Source: Candidatus Poribacteria bacterium (GTDB taxonomy: Bacteria > Poribacteria > WGA-4E > WGA-3G). From it: 64,000 nucleotides of DNA. The translations under genes and the position numbers were made by a program. Shown piece by piece: positions 19,405-30,800 of the stretch. How positions within the stretch are numbered: the stretch's first letter is position 1; each line of letters opens with the position of its first letter. The stretch lies in contig OZ243938.1 in NCBI GenBank assembly GCA_965214095.1, positions 2,752,001 through 2,816,000 of the forward strand, read 5' to 3'. The notes under the pieces are model-generated. The model ran no database searches. It was given only the letters and a program-made list of their open reading frames with translations, and was not told the DNA's origin.

Positions 19405-21864
19405 TTATCCTTTTGTGCCGCGTCGCAAGCGAAACGGTTCGCTTTTGACTATTTCTGTAATCAAGACCGAAAATTTATAATCATTTGTCTCCAATGCGGT
19501 GACAATGCGGTCAATTGTGGGTCTGTCATAATATTCCAAGCCTCTCCCTAAGGCATAGATCAACATCTTTTCTGTTAGACATCGTGTAAATTGTGTTTTT
19601 CTGCCTATTAGAATCTGCTTTAAATCTGAAATGTTTTCAAATGATGTACCGTCAGGAAGTTGTCCGGCAGTATCAATATCTTGTTCTCCATCTTTCTTCC
19701 GATACTTTCCGATTGCATCATAATTTTCCATTGCAAACCCGATAGGATCCATTTTTGCATGGCAGTTTGCACAACCAGGGTCGTCTCGGTGTTGTTCAAG
19801 TCGTTCTCTGAGTGTAGTTCCGGTAATAGCATCGTGTTCTTCTTCCAATTCGGGGACATCGGGTGGTGGTGGAGGCGGTGGCGTGCCGAGTATCTGTTCT
19901 AAGACCCATCGTCCTCGCTTCACAGGGGATGTGCGTTTTGGATTTGATGTTACTGTTAGTATGCTGGCTTGTGTTAGGATACCACCGCGTTTAAAATAGT
20001 TATTTTCATTATTCAAAGCAACACGACGGAATGTGTTCCCTTTTATTGGTTCTCCTTTTTCATCTTTCCAAATCTCATAATGTCCAGACAAACGTTGGTT
20101 GAGAAAGGTGTAGTCAGCACTTAAGAGTTCAAGGATACTCTTGTCTTCACGAAAAATTGATTCCAAAAACAGTTCTGTTTCCTTCAGCATATCTGCTTGC
20201 AATTTGGAATTGAATGTCGGAAAACGTTCAATATCAGGTGTAGCGGTTTCCAGACGTTGAATTTGCAACCACTGAGAACCGAAGTTCGTAGCCAATTCCG
20301 TTGCCTTTGGATCGGCAAGCATTCGTTTGACTTGTTCCTCAAGTGATGCAGTGAGTTGGTTTTTCTCTGCAAGATTGAGAAGTTCATCATCTGGAATGCT
20401 GCTCCATAAGAAATAAGATAGTCGCGAAGCGAGATGGAATTCATCAATCGGTTGTGGTTCTTCGGTTTGAGGTTGGTCATCTAACTCCAATCTGAAAAGG
20501 AATTTGGGAGAACAGAGAATAACTTTAATCGCTTGTTGAATTCCTTCTTCCCACTTTGCACCACCTGCTTGAGTGGATTCCACAAACTGCACGAGTTGTT
20601 CTATTTCCCGATCACTCGGTGGACGACGATACGCTTTGCGGAGCAATCTTGTTAACACTTCGCGTGTCTGTTCCGTTTGTGAAATATCTGGTGTGCAGGC
20701 TAATATCTCAAGGTGTGATTTAGGTCTTGTTTCCAACGGTCCTAACGATGTTATGGCTCGGATTTGGAGTTTTGCTTGTGGTGTCCCATTTTCAGGTTTT
20801 ATCATGGCAATACCGGCATTGTCAATATTTTCAATTCCGCTAACCAGATACCTAATTGTTTGCAGTTTCTTAGGATCCCGTGAAGTAATTTCAAAAATCT
20901 TGAGAATCTTGATTTTGTTATTCGTAGAAGTATCATAACCGACCAACCTTGCGAGTTCATCTTGTGGGGTTACGTCTTCAAGATCCTTGCCTTGAATGTA
21001 GAGTGCGACTTGAACTGGTGTGTCGCTTTCTGTTTCGGCATAGAGTGTTGCGCGGAAGTATGTTTCTACATCGGGTAAAAGTTTGAGAGGTCTTGCTGGC
21101 GTAAAAAATGGTCCGGATTTCCACTGTTCCGTAGCATTTGGATCAAGCATGCGGAAACGTGCATCACGGACATCATTGTGTCGTGGATTAAGATACTTTG
21201 TATTAATATAGTTTGTGGAAGGTTTCGGAGGCTCCAAAACGATGACTCGTGTAGCGATTGCTTCCGCTGCATCAAGATACCTTTCCATAAGTAACGGTGA
21301 CATCGTCAACACATCACCGATATTGTCAAATCCGTGTCCAACATCATCTGCTGGAAAATTGGCAGTCGGGTCAAAATCAGCACCGAGTAAATCACGAACA
21401 CTGTTTCGGTATTCAACCTTGTTGAGTCTGCGGACAGTTATCTTACCGGGATCAGGTTTCGCAGTACGACTTGCTTCTTCAAAAATTGCCTTAACGTGTT
21501 GTACAAAAGCATCTGATTCCTCTATGGCAGGTTGGTCGTTACCTTCTGGTGGCATCTGGCTTGTTTCTATCATGTCAAGCACTCTCTCCCAAACATCGTA
21601 ATCTTTGATTACGGATAGATTGTCTTCATAAGAGTCAAGTGCAAGACCTGCTTCAGGTTGATCGCCGCCATGACAGCCGAAGCAGTACTGCTCTAAGAAT
21701 GTGATTCCGTGTTCTTCAAAACTGTACGTGGTTTTTTCACCGATGCCTTGTTTCAATGAAAAAAATACCAGAGACACAATTAGCAATAGTGATAGTGATA
21801 TGTATCTGTAAAGGGTAGATGCTTTTTTGGATAATATAATGGATTGCAATTTTTGGTACATCAT
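19405..21864 (-). CDS. Planctomycete-type cytochrome c / DUF1587-DUF1595-DUF1592-DUF1588-DUF1585 protein
   Basis: CFGCH and CANCH haem motifs, RRLNKVEYRN, GFDN, LASRLSYFLWSSIPD, TSPVKRGRW, YALGRG. Confidence 0.88.
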   Translation of the reverse strand: MMYQKLQSIILSKKASTLYRYISLSLLLIVSLVFFSLKQGIGEKTTYSFEEHGITFLEQYCFGCHGGDQPEAGLALDSYEDNLSVIKDYDVWERVLDMIETSQMPPEGNDQPAIEESDAFVQHVKAIFEEASRTAKPDPGKITVRRLNKVEYRNSVRDLLGADFDPTANFPADDVGHGFDNIGDVLTMSPLLMERYLDAAEAIATRVIVLEPPKPSTNYINTKYLNPRHNDVRDARFRMLDPNATEQWKSGPFFTPARPLKLLPDVETYFRATLYAETESDTPVQVALYIQGKDLEDVTPQDELARLVGYDTSTNNKIKILKIFEITSRDPKKLQTIRYLVSGIENIDNAGIAMIKPENGTPQAKLQIRAITSLGPLETRPKSHLEILACTPDISQTEQTREVLTRLLRKAYRRPPSDREIEQLVQFVESTQAGGAKWEEGIQQAIKVILCSPKFLFRLELDDQPQTEEPQPIDEFHLASRLSYFLWSSIPDDELLNLAEKNQLTASLEEQVKRMLADPKATELATNFGSQWLQIQRLETATPDIERFPTFNSKLQADMLKETELFLESIFREDKSILELLSADYTFLNQRLSGHYEIWKDEKGEPIKGNTFRRVALNNENNYFKRGGILTQASILTVTSNPKRTSPVKRGRWVLEQILGTPPPPPPPDVPELEEEHDAITGTTLRERLEQHRDDPGCANCHAKMDPIGFAMENYDAIGKYRKKDGEQDIDTAGQLPDGTSFENISDLKQILIGRKTQFTRCLTEKMLIYALGRGLEYYDRPTIDRIVTALETNDYKFSVLITEIVKSEPFRLRRGTKG

Positions 21865-21945
21865 AGTTGATAGTTATGTCTTATTTCAAATGTTTTATAG
21901 TTACAATATGATACATTAAGATTGTATAGAATTTCAAAGATATTC

Positions 21946-22941
21946 TTAGGCATTTTTTACAATCAGTAGTTCGTGAGACTTCTTTACGTGTCCTGTTCCA
22001 TTTTCAATCCGATTCTTGCCTATTCGGGTTTCGCCTTGTCCTAATGTGTATTGCCATTGGACTTCAAGAATCTGAAAGTCAGCATACCACTGCCTGATAG
22101 TTTGGCAATCGTTATAAGAAAGAACGAAGCCGTTGTTGTGTTCATGTAACAGGTCTCGTAACAATTCGTGGTTAAACCCTTTGTGATGAACAGGGAAATT
22201 GCGTTGAGGATATATACCTCGGAACATTTCTCCTTCATCAAGATAGTAAGGTGGATCACAATATAGAAAGTCATCTGAATGCATTTGTAGGGTTGCCTCA
22301 AAACTCCCAGTATTAACAGACAAGTTTGGACATCTGAAATTCTGTACAGTTTGCACTGATCGAGTAAATTTTTCTGGAGATTCATAGATCTTTGACATCC
22401 ATCCGAGAAAACCAGGTCCATAAGAGAGATTGTGATTAAACCAATAGTGTGATGCTAACTCCAACGGATTAGAAATGAGTTCCTCATCATTCCAATGTGC
22501 TTTGAGTCGATTCTTTATCTCAACATATTGCGTTTTTGTAGGTTTCCATTTTTTGAGGCGTTCTGCAAGTTCATTTGCGGATGAAAGTTGCACTTGCCAA
22601 TAATTTACGAGAATATCAAAGATATCATAAGCACAAACCTGCATACCGAGTTCTTTTGCACATGCGACTTCAACAGCTCCACCACCAATAAAAGGTGACA
22701 CAAGTTTTTTCACTCCATCAGGAATATGTTCTACTATATGTCCAACCCCAAGGCTCTTTCCACCAGCATATCGTATCGGTAGACCTCTGTACCGCGTATA
22801 TTTATATTTGCCTTTACTTTTGAGGGAATCCAAAAACAAAACTCTTTGAGATGTTCCAAAGAGATTTGACTGAGTTTGTTGTCCGTCTATTTCTTGGTTT
22901 TGGATATGTGTGCCAAGTAGGACAGAATCGGGATTAGACAT
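21946..22941 (-). CDS. DNA adenine methyltransferase (Dam/D12 class), no cognate endonuclease in the window
   Basis: RYAGGKS, PFIGGGAV motif I, YCDPPY motif IV, LSYND. Confidence 0.88.
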   Translation of the reverse strand: MSNPDSVLLGTHIQNQEIDGQQTQSNLFGTSQRVLFLDSLKSKGKYKYTRYRGLPIRYAGGKSLGVGHIVEHIPDGVKKLVSPFIGGGAVEVACAKELGMQVCAYDIFDILVNYWQVQLSSANELAERLKKWKPTKTQYVEIKNRLKAHWNDEELISNPLELASHYWFNHNLSYGPGFLGWMSKIYESPEKFTRSVQTVQNFRCPNLSVNTGSFEATLQMHSDDFLYCDPPYYLDEGEMFRGIYPQRNFPVHHKGFNHELLRDLLHEHNNGFVLSYNDCQTIRQWYADFQILEVQWQYTLGQGETRIGKNRIENGTGHVKKSHELLIVKNA

Positions 22942-23002
22942 TGAATGGTGTCCATTGAATTTGTTAGATCAAGTAATTGTAGTATGTTTCTTATAGAAAT
23001 GC

Positions 23003-23344
23003 TTGAGTTGAGAATAAGCCGGATTCTGTATATGATGATCATTCATCTGGGATCGATGTTTCCATTGACCTCAAGCGGTTACCCGGGGACAAAGCGGGCA
23101 CACCTTTAAATGTCCCCCATTTTACCTTGCTCCAGATGGGGTTTACCGAGCACCATAAGTCACCTTATGGACTGGTGCGCTTTTACCGCACCGTTTCACC
23201 TGTACACCGTCTTTAAACGTTGTAGTCTGCTTTCTGTTGCACTTTCCATAGCGTTGCCGCTCCTGGGGGTTACCCAGCATCCTGCCCTGTGGAGTCCGGA
23301 CTTTCCTCATTCCATATTGGAACGCGACCATCTACTCAACTCAA
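23003..23344 (-). ncRNA. rnpB: RNase P RNA (class A)
   Basis: GAGGAAAGTCCGGACTCC, GGAAAGTGCAACAGAAA, GGTGCGGTAAAAGCGCACC and 3' ACAGAATCCGGCTTA; P1 formed by TTGAGTTGAG/CTCAACTCAA. Confidence 0.95.
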
Positions 23345-23450
23345 ACGTCTCTTAAGAGTAACATATTTTATGGGTTATTGGCAATATCAATTTTGGATTT
23401 GTGATTTGGAGAGGATTTTGAATTTATGCCGATTCTACCATTCGGACATT

Positions 23451-23532
23451 GTAGGTCGGGTAGAGGTACGACACCCGACTTTATTGATGATAAATGGCTG
23501 CATGTCGGGTTTCGTTCCTCTACCCGACCTAC
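23451..23532. repeat. Inverted GTAG-REP pair (family B; degenerate copy at ~10342-10416)
   Basis: GTAGGTCGGGTAGAGG...CCTCTACCCGACCTAC. Confidence 0.75.
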
Positions 23533-23553
23533 AAGATTAGTGTAGACAGAACG

Positions 23554-23898
23554 CTATGTTGTCTGACTCATAGGTTCTTCTTTTATAACGCGTTGTTCAC
23601 CGATCTGATTTTCAGTCGGAACAATACGAATTTCTATATCATATTTCAGGCGAGTCAGAAACGTAAGTAATCGCTCAACACTGTAATGATTAAACTTTCC
23701 ATTCTTAAGCCGAGAGATTTCAGGTTGTTTCACCCCTAACATATCTGCAGCCTCAGTCTGAGTCCACTTCCGATCTTCTATAATCTGAAACACTTCATAT
23801 CCAAGTGTAGCTTTGAGAAATAATTCCTCAGCATCTGGTAGATTGAGATCTGCAAATACATTGCCTGAACTCTTTTCAAATTTAACTTTTTTGCTCAT
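23554..23898 (-). CDS. XRE-family HTH protein (HigA-like antitoxin)
   Basis: SSGNVFADL, WTQTEAADMLGVKQPEISRL, YSVERL. Confidence 0.85.
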   Translation of the reverse strand: MSKKVKFEKSSGNVFADLNLPDAEELFLKATLGYEVFQIIEDRKWTQTEAADMLGVKQPEISRLKNGKFNHYSVERLLTFLTRLKYDIEIRIVPTENQIGEQRVIKEEPMSQTT

Positions 23899-23941
23899 AA
23901 TTTTTCTCCTGTTCTTGTGCCATTTTCATCAGTCACACTCC

Positions 23942-24237
23942 CCGGTAGATGCGGTTTCCTAAACGCATCTATGACACTGAACAAACACTGGTTCGGTTAG
24001 GATACCGAACCATAGGCATCAATTTAGCGTCCTTCCAAGTACCGGTAGGTTCGGTTTCCTAACCGAACTGGCTTTGTGTCAAATACCTTCATAGAGGTTC
24101 TCGCGTAGGATCCGGTTCGGTTAGGAAACCGAACCTACCAGCCTGGAATTATAGCGTAATTCCCTTAAATTGACACCTATGGTTCGGTTAGGAAACCGAA
24201 CCCACCGTAGCGTGTAAATAATTATGGTTTTACTATA
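23942..24237. repeat. Composite REP/MITE cluster (five family-A REPs; inner element 24011-24181)
   Basis: Repeated GGTTCGGTTAGGAAACCGAACCTACC; inner imperfect TIR CATAGGCATCAATTTA/TAAATTGACACCTATG; core shared with 61042-61153. Confidence 0.75.
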
Positions 24238-24334
24238 ATGGTATGTTCTCAAATAGGAATGGTATTATATATGATATTGGATTTTCGGACGCACTATTCA
24301 ATCTACAGACTGTACAAATTTGAGAAGAAATGAA

Positions 24335-24372
24335 AGGGACTTACGCTAACCTGCGCGGTTTGCGTAAGCCCT
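24335..24372 (-). terminator. Hairpin after nrdJ (terminator or REP-like)
   Basis: Minus strand AGGGCTTACGCAAACC-GCGCA-GGTTAGCGTAAGTCCCT followed by TTCATTTCTT. Confidence 0.5.
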
Positions 24373-24393
24373 AAAATAGAATATTGGAAGGTT

Positions 24394-27300
24394 TTACGAA
24401 CATCCGCTTGTTGCACCGCAATTGGTACATCTATAGCAGATACCGCTTCGGATCATAATTGTGCCGCAATCATGACAAGGTGGCGCGTCGCCATGTCGGA
24501 GTGAGATGAGTTTCTCACGGTCTGCCCACGGGTCTGATTCACCGTTATTCCCGTGTGCGTGTGTCTTTTCAGGGAGTGCCATCTGGTCATCTAATTCAAC
24601 AACATCCGTAGTCCCTTCCTGCGCGTTTGTCGGGAGGAATTCTTTGCCGAGATAACGGAAAACATAGTCAACAATTGATTGTGCCATCGGAATATCCGGG
24701 TTTTGCGTGAAACCTGACGGTTCAAATCGGACATGACTGAACTTATTGACAAGCGATTCTAACGGCACACCGTATTGCAATGCGACAGATATGAGAATCG
24801 CAATAGAGTCCATAAGTCCTGCGATAGTAGAACCCTGTTTGCTCATGGTAAGGAACACCTCACCCGGAGTGTCATCTTCAAAGAAACCGACGCTCATGTA
24901 ACCCTCATGTCCACCTACACTGAACTTATGTATAATACCTTGGCGGGTATCTGATAATCGTCTTCTGATAGGACGTTCACTTGCTTCATCTTGTGTGTTC
25001 TGCTGTGTGCTGGTTGAAAGTGGTTGACTACCTTTGCTTCCATCCCGATAGATAGCAAGGCATTTCACACCGAGTCGCCACGCTTCTACATAGAGTTCTT
25101 TAATATCGTCGACAGTGGCTTCACGCGGCACGTTGACTGTTTTTGAGATTGCCCCTGAGATAAACGGCTGCACTGCTGCCATCAATTTCAAAGGTCCCAT
25201 GTGATAAATAAAACGAGTGCCGTGCTTACCGGATTGAACTGCACAATCAAAAACAGGATAATGTTTAGAAGACAGATGTGGTGCACCTTCAACGGTTCCT
25301 GTTCCACAGATGATCTCCTCTGCTCCTGCTATTTCACTCGCGTTGAAACCGAGATAGGTAAGTAGATTAAATTCTGGGTCGGCTGCTTTCTCTGTGGAGA
25401 TTCCTAACCTGTTAAGGCATTCTTCACCAAGGAAACCAGGTGCGAAAGCGAGGTTGAGATCAAACGCACTTGGTAACATCTCCTCAACATGTGCGATATC
25501 TTCCTCTGTGAAACCTTTGTATTTAAGTGCTTCAGGATTGATAAAAGGAGTGCCTTCGAGCGTCCCTGTGCCAACGATATGTGTAACAATTGCCTCAATG
25601 TGTTGTGGGATGTAGCCAAGTTTTTGCAAAGCATCACGGACGCTTTGGTTGACAATTTTGATGTAACCACCACCAGCCAACTTTTTGAATTTGACGAGAG
25701 CAAATTCGGGTTCTATACCGGTTGTGTCACAATCCATAAGAAGGGCGATAGTTCCTGTTGGTGCGAGCACACTAATCTGTGAATTGCGATACCCCCACAT
25801 CTCTCCATTTTGCTGGCAAATGTCCCAGTCTTCTCGTGCTGCTTCTAAGAGATCAGAGGGACAAGTTGTTGCATCAATTTTATATGCAGCATCGCGATGC
25901 ATATTGATAACCCCTAACATTGAATCGCTATTTTTCGGATATCCAGCAAAAGTGCCGACACTTTTAGCAATTTCTGCACTTGTTGCATACCCGCGTCCAC
26001 TCAGTATAGCGGTAATAGCACCAGCATAACTGCAGGCTTCAGCACTATCATAAGGGATGCCTAAACGCATCAAAAGTGCTCCTAAGTTAGCGTAGCCAAG
26101 TCCGAGCGGACGGTATTCGTGTGAACGTCTTGCGATTTTTGGTGTTGGATAGGAAGACAAGCTAACGATGATCTCCATCGCAGTAATAAAGACACGCGCT
26201 GCTGCTCTGAAACCACCAATGTCAAAGGTGTCATCGTCATTTAGAAACTTGACGAGATTTATGCTTGCAAGGTTGCATGCGGAGTCATCTAAGAAAAGAT
26301 ATTCGCTGCATGGATTACTTGCGTTGATTCTATCAGTATTTTTGCAAGTATGCCATTTCTGAATAGTATCATCAAATTGAACACCCGGATCGGCGCATGC
26401 CCATGCTGCCTCAGCGATCTTATCAACGAGCATTTTTGCATCGTATTCCGCAGCAACTTCACCTGATGTCCGATAGGTTGTTTGCCATTTTTTATCCTGC
26501 AGGTATGTATCCATGAATACATCTGGAATCCGAACCGAGTTGTTACTGTTTTGTCCACTGACTGTGCTGTATGCTTCACCATTGAAGTCAGCGGGATAAC
26601 CTGCTGCGATAAGTGCTTTTGCTTTTTCTTCTTCCTTCATCTTCCAGTCGATGTAATCAACGATTTCGGGATGGTCCATATCTAAAATGACCATCTTCGC
26701 GGCGCGGCGTGTTGTGCCGCCAGACTTAATGCTACCTGCCCATCGGTCAAATCCTTCAAGAAAAGATAACACACCAGAACTTTCCCCACCACTGGAGAGA
26801 TGTTCACCTTTTGCACGAACTTTACTGAAATTAGATCCTGTCCCACTACCATATTTAAAGAGTCGAACTTCAGCCTTTTGAAGTTCCAACATAGAATCAA
26901 GTGAATCATCTACACTTTGGATAAAACATGCTGAGTTTTGTGGGTATTGATATGCGTTTTCTGAAATACTAACTTTCTGTGCTTCTCTGTCCCAGTGATA
27001 ATTTCCGCCACCACCTTTGATCCCATATTCATGAAATAGACCACAGTTAAACCAAACAGGAGAGTTGAAAGCACCACGTTGTGTGACGAGTATATGTGTC
27101 AACTCCATTTCAAAGGTTTCTGCGTCATCAGATGTGGCAAAATAACCACCGATTTCTTCACCAGCACGACGAAGTGTGCGAGCGACACGTGTAACTAATT
27201 GACGAACACTGGTCTCTGATTCAATCTCAGGGATTCCAGCCTTTCTGAAATATTTTGAGGCAGCGATATCCGTGGCGAGTTGGGTCCAAAAAACAGGCAC

Positions 27301-27495
27301 TTCCACTTGGTCCTGTTTGAAGATCACATCACCTTTTTCATTGTAAATGGCAGAGTCCCGATGTTCCCACTCAATCTCATCAAACGGGTGTACGTCTGAT
27401 TTCGTGAAGTGTCGGTCGAAGGCAAGTCCCGTTCCATCGCCTTCTGTCTGATCTGTCACTGCTTCATCAATTTCATTGATATTTTTAGCAGCCAT
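24394..27495 (-). CDS. nrdJ: Vitamin B12-dependent (class II) ribonucleotide reductase
   Basis: FNSPVWFN, SACFI, GGTTRRAAKM, ASNPCSEY thiyl Cys, APTGTI, GAISKT, YRDGSK, C-terminal CxxC..CxxCG.TSGCS. Confidence 0.95.
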   Translation of the reverse strand: MAAKNINEIDEAVTDQTEGDGTGLAFDRHFTKSDVHPFDEIEWEHRDSAIYNEKGDVIFKQDQVEVPVFWTQLATDIAASKYFRKAGIPEIESETSVRQLVTRVARTLRRAGEEIGGYFATSDDAETFEMELTHILVTQRGAFNSPVWFNCGLFHEYGIKGGGGNYHWDREAQKVSISENAYQYPQNSACFIQSVDDSLDSMLELQKAEVRLFKYGSGTGSNFSKVRAKGEHLSSGGESSGVLSFLEGFDRWAGSIKSGGTTRRAAKMVILDMDHPEIVDYIDWKMKEEEKAKALIAAGYPADFNGEAYSTVSGQNSNNSVRIPDVFMDTYLQDKKWQTTYRTSGEVAAEYDAKMLVDKIAEAAWACADPGVQFDDTIQKWHTCKNTDRINASNPCSEYLFLDDSACNLASINLVKFLNDDDTFDIGGFRAAARVFITAMEIIVSLSSYPTPKIARRSHEYRPLGLGYANLGALLMRLGIPYDSAEACSYAGAITAILSGRGYATSAEIAKSVGTFAGYPKNSDSMLGVINMHRDAAYKIDATTCPSDLLEAAREDWDICQQNGEMWGYRNSQISVLAPTGTIALLMDCDTTGIEPEFALVKFKKLAGGGYIKIVNQSVRDALQKLGYIPQHIEAIVTHIVGTGTLEGTPFINPEALKYKGFTEEDIAHVEEMLPSAFDLNLAFAPGFLGEECLNRLGISTEKAADPEFNLLTYLGFNASEIAGAEEIICGTGTVEGAPHLSSKHYPVFDCAVQSGKHGTRFIYHMGPLKLMAAVQPFISGAISKTVNVPREATVDDIKELYVEAWRLGVKCLAIYRDGSKGSQPLSTSTQQNTQDEASERPIRRRLSDTRQGIIHKFSVGGHEGYMSVGFFEDDTPGEVFLTMSKQGSTIAGLMDSIAILISVALQYGVPLESLVNKFSHVRFEPSGFTQNPDIPMAQSIVDYVFRYLGKEFLPTNAQEGTTDVVELDDQMALPEKTHAHGNNGESDPWADREKLISLRHGDAPPCHDCGTIMIRSGICYRCTNCGATSGCS

Positions 27496-27828
27496 AATTT
27501 ATCCTCCTTATGTCAAAATTGTAACAGAATCGTGAGATAGTTGCAAGGAAAAAAATGAAATATTCTGACTATAAGTTATCTAAAAATTTCTGAATTGCAT
27601 AATGAATTCAATAGCAGCATAACTTTACACAATTTTAGTAAATATAAAAATAATGTATAGAAAAAAGTCAGCATAATTTCTGTGCACTCAAGTTCAAGAT
27701 ATAACGTTAAATATGGGATATTTGGAACAGATTTGATTGGGGAAAATGAATTAATATGGTAACTGATAGGTGGATTTATTGTGTCGGAGTGATTGCGGTA
27801 AAGCAACTGAATGTGCGCGAGGTGACAA

Positions 27829-30800
27829 TCAACGTAAGATAGCAAGTTTTCCAATCTTTTCCACAGATCCTTTATTTGTATTGGCAATTACGCGATAAAG
27901 ATAGACACCGTTAGCACAACGTATTCCTATTTCATCTCTTCCATCCCAGAATGTTTCATTCGCACCGCGTTCTGCACTTGCCTCTGTAATAGTCTTGATA
28001 AGTCTACCGTTCACAGTGTAGATTTTTATTGTAACTTTATCTGGAGGTTGTAACAACTGATAAGTGAAATGCGTTTTCCCATCTTCTGTTGGATTCGGGA
28101 CGTTGAATACTTCACTAAGGTTGACTGCCTCATCAAGTGTGAAAGTTGTTTCGTATTCAGTGGTGTTTTCACTGGTATCCGTTGCCGTTACTTGTAGTCG
28201 ATAGATGCCGTTTTCCAGATTCGGTGCAAAACTGATGCTTGCGGTCCCAGGATCATCTTCATCAAAATCCCATTTAGCCTCATCAAATTCGCGATACCTA
28301 ATCGTTGTTTCACTCTCTGTCCCATCAGCGGATATCTGATTGAATGTTATGTTGAGAAGAGAATTGTCAAGTGCTGTTTCATCCGTAACACGAACTTCAC
28401 AGTACGGTTGCTCAATAATACGGTTCTTGTCTATATCTGTGGACGAGGCATCTGAGGCTTCAAGCAATTCATCATTTACAAGAATCTCAATAACAGGCGG
28501 CGAAACGTCGGGCATATCAACGACTGTGAATCGTGTTTTGAATATGCGTTCTTTGCCACCAATTGCATTATCATTAAAATCGATCGCTTCAATCTCAAAG
28601 GCGTATTCACCTGGAAATAAGATTGGTTTGTAGTCAATTGGAACAGTATTGACATCTTTTGGATTCCGAAGTGTGTAATCAGAGATAGGTTTTAGTGGTT
28701 TGCTGTTATCTCCCCTCCGAATGACCAACGTATCCAGATTAACACCGTTAACATCCTCAAGTAGAATAGAAATATGTGGACGAGGTGCAATGACGCTCCC
28801 CGCTTGTGGTTGAACACCGTCTACCCATAGATTAAATTCTGGTGGTTTATCATCATCACTACTAAGAAGTGTGAAAGGGGTCAGTTCAGTTGCTTCTGCT
28901 GTAATTGCTGCGACTTGTGCCGTACTAAATTTAATCTTGTCACCAAATTGGAATTCTTCCGAACTTGGTGAAACGAGTATCTCAAAGCCGAGTTGGCTAA
29001 CGTAGAACTCTTCATTGACTCTTTCTCCAGCGAGAGTTTCATTCGTTAAATAAATCTGGGACCCAGTACTGTCACGGAGTTCATAATACTGTTTGGATGT
29101 GAAAAAGAGGAACCAATCCCCGATGGCGAACTCTTGCCTGGGACCGATCCTTGCCTTGATTGTTGCCGTACCGTTGCCGACATTCTGATTTCTACTTTCT
29201 TTTAACACTGCAAGTTGATTTGAATAATCGGTCTCAAAGGCAAGGATATCTCCAAATTCAAATGGAACAGGAGGTGTGCCATTATCAAGCTCTGAGGGCG
29301 GCTCCCATTTGGAGGGGATAGTGAATTCAATACCGATATTTTCTTCGCGAAATGGGTGGTCAAGTTCTCCGCGTTTCTCAAATTTCTCATACAGGGTACC
29401 ATGTTTCTTCTTTAAATATACGTCATATTGAGTTGGATCTAAGAATAGGATTACCCAAGTGCCAGCTGGTGTCCGCAGTGGGTCAATTTTTATGTCGTCA
29501 ATCGGAAGTGTTTGTTTATTTGCGTTTTCTGTCTGAATAGGTGTAACGTAGTTTTCAAGTTTAAAAATTGGACCTTCTTCCTCAGGATTCGGCGTGCCGT
29601 TTTCAGCAATATAACTGACCTGTGAAGGCAGACGTCTCCATTTTTCATAAGTTGGATGCCATTGGTAAATCGCAAGTTTCTCTGCTTCTTCAATAATAGA
29701 AGCTCTAAAATCTTTACTACCCTCTCTCCACGGTGTGTTCTGTCTGACTATATCCTCTAAACTGGTATTATCAAATTTCAACTTAAGGGTAACCGGTTTT
29801 TTCAAGGTGACATCTGCCGCGCGAAAAGACACTTCATACTGTTGTGCATATTCATCACCCGTCCGGAGGAGACCTCTACGCACTGCAGCGACGCGTGGAA
29901 TTGTGGCAAAACTTAAGGATGGTTGTGTCAGAGCATACGGGGCACTTGATGATACAGTGAGCGGTACTCGATTCCCTTCTACCTCTGCAGAGGATGTCGG
30001 AAAATCAATGTCAAAGACTCTATCCAAACTAAATGCTGACAAAGGTTTTGACTGTTCATAGTAGAACTCATTTACAACAAAAGTGATGTGAAGTTTATTG
30101 TCATATTCGCTCGGTTCAGCAACATTTCCTGTGATGTCATCTTCGGTATCTACTTCTGGGTCAACCAATACATATATATCATGCACACCGGTTTCAAGAC
30201 TCTTGTCTAACTGTAATTTCACAGTAGTACGCTGCAGGACAGTATCACCATCCTCCCATTCATCAGGTTCAACAGTTACAGTCCCTAATATTTCTGCATC
30301 ATCGGCAACAATTAGAACGTTTGATTTATCAGGATTACCCTCTGTAAAAAGCACCTCAAAACCATCTTTGACTGTCCGACCACCATTGTTAATGAGTTCC
30401 GCTGTCAGAACGTATTTTTCAGTTTTTTCATCAAAAGTATAACGAATTGGTACTGTACTGGACCCATCAGCACCTATGGTGATGTTTGGTCCCTTGGGAA
30501 CATCAACATGAATTCGTCCAGTTGATGATGGATAATATACTTTTATGCCTTCAGTATCTGTAATGATGATTCGATATTTTATTTTGAAACTACCACGTGG
30601 TAATGGAATAGGTGTTTGGATTTCATACCACTGTCCACCGGGAAGTATTTCGTTGGTGCCTGGCGGTGGTGAGATTTTAACCATAGGTACAAATTTGTCC
30701 GCAGGGTTAACCGTATCAGACCACAGTACTTCAATTGAATTAATCCCTTTTGCCCCGCCTTGATCGTCATAGACAAGAGCTTGGATATTGAGAGTATGGG

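Noticed and set aside
23110-23540. Short ORFs 23110-23355, 23143-23331 and 23289-23540
   Set aside because: They overlap the RNase P RNA and REP sequences and are spurious translations
23942-24237. Repeat cluster as a CRISPR array
   Set aside because: Repeats occur in both orientations with irregular spacing, are dispersed across the window, end in GTAG/CTAC, and no cas genes are present
27496-27828. Cobalamin riboswitch or NrdR boxes upstream of nrdJ; ORF 27576-27887
   Set aside because: No B12-box or convincing NrdR palindrome could be recognised; the ORF is AT-rich, motif-free and overlaps the C25 gene end
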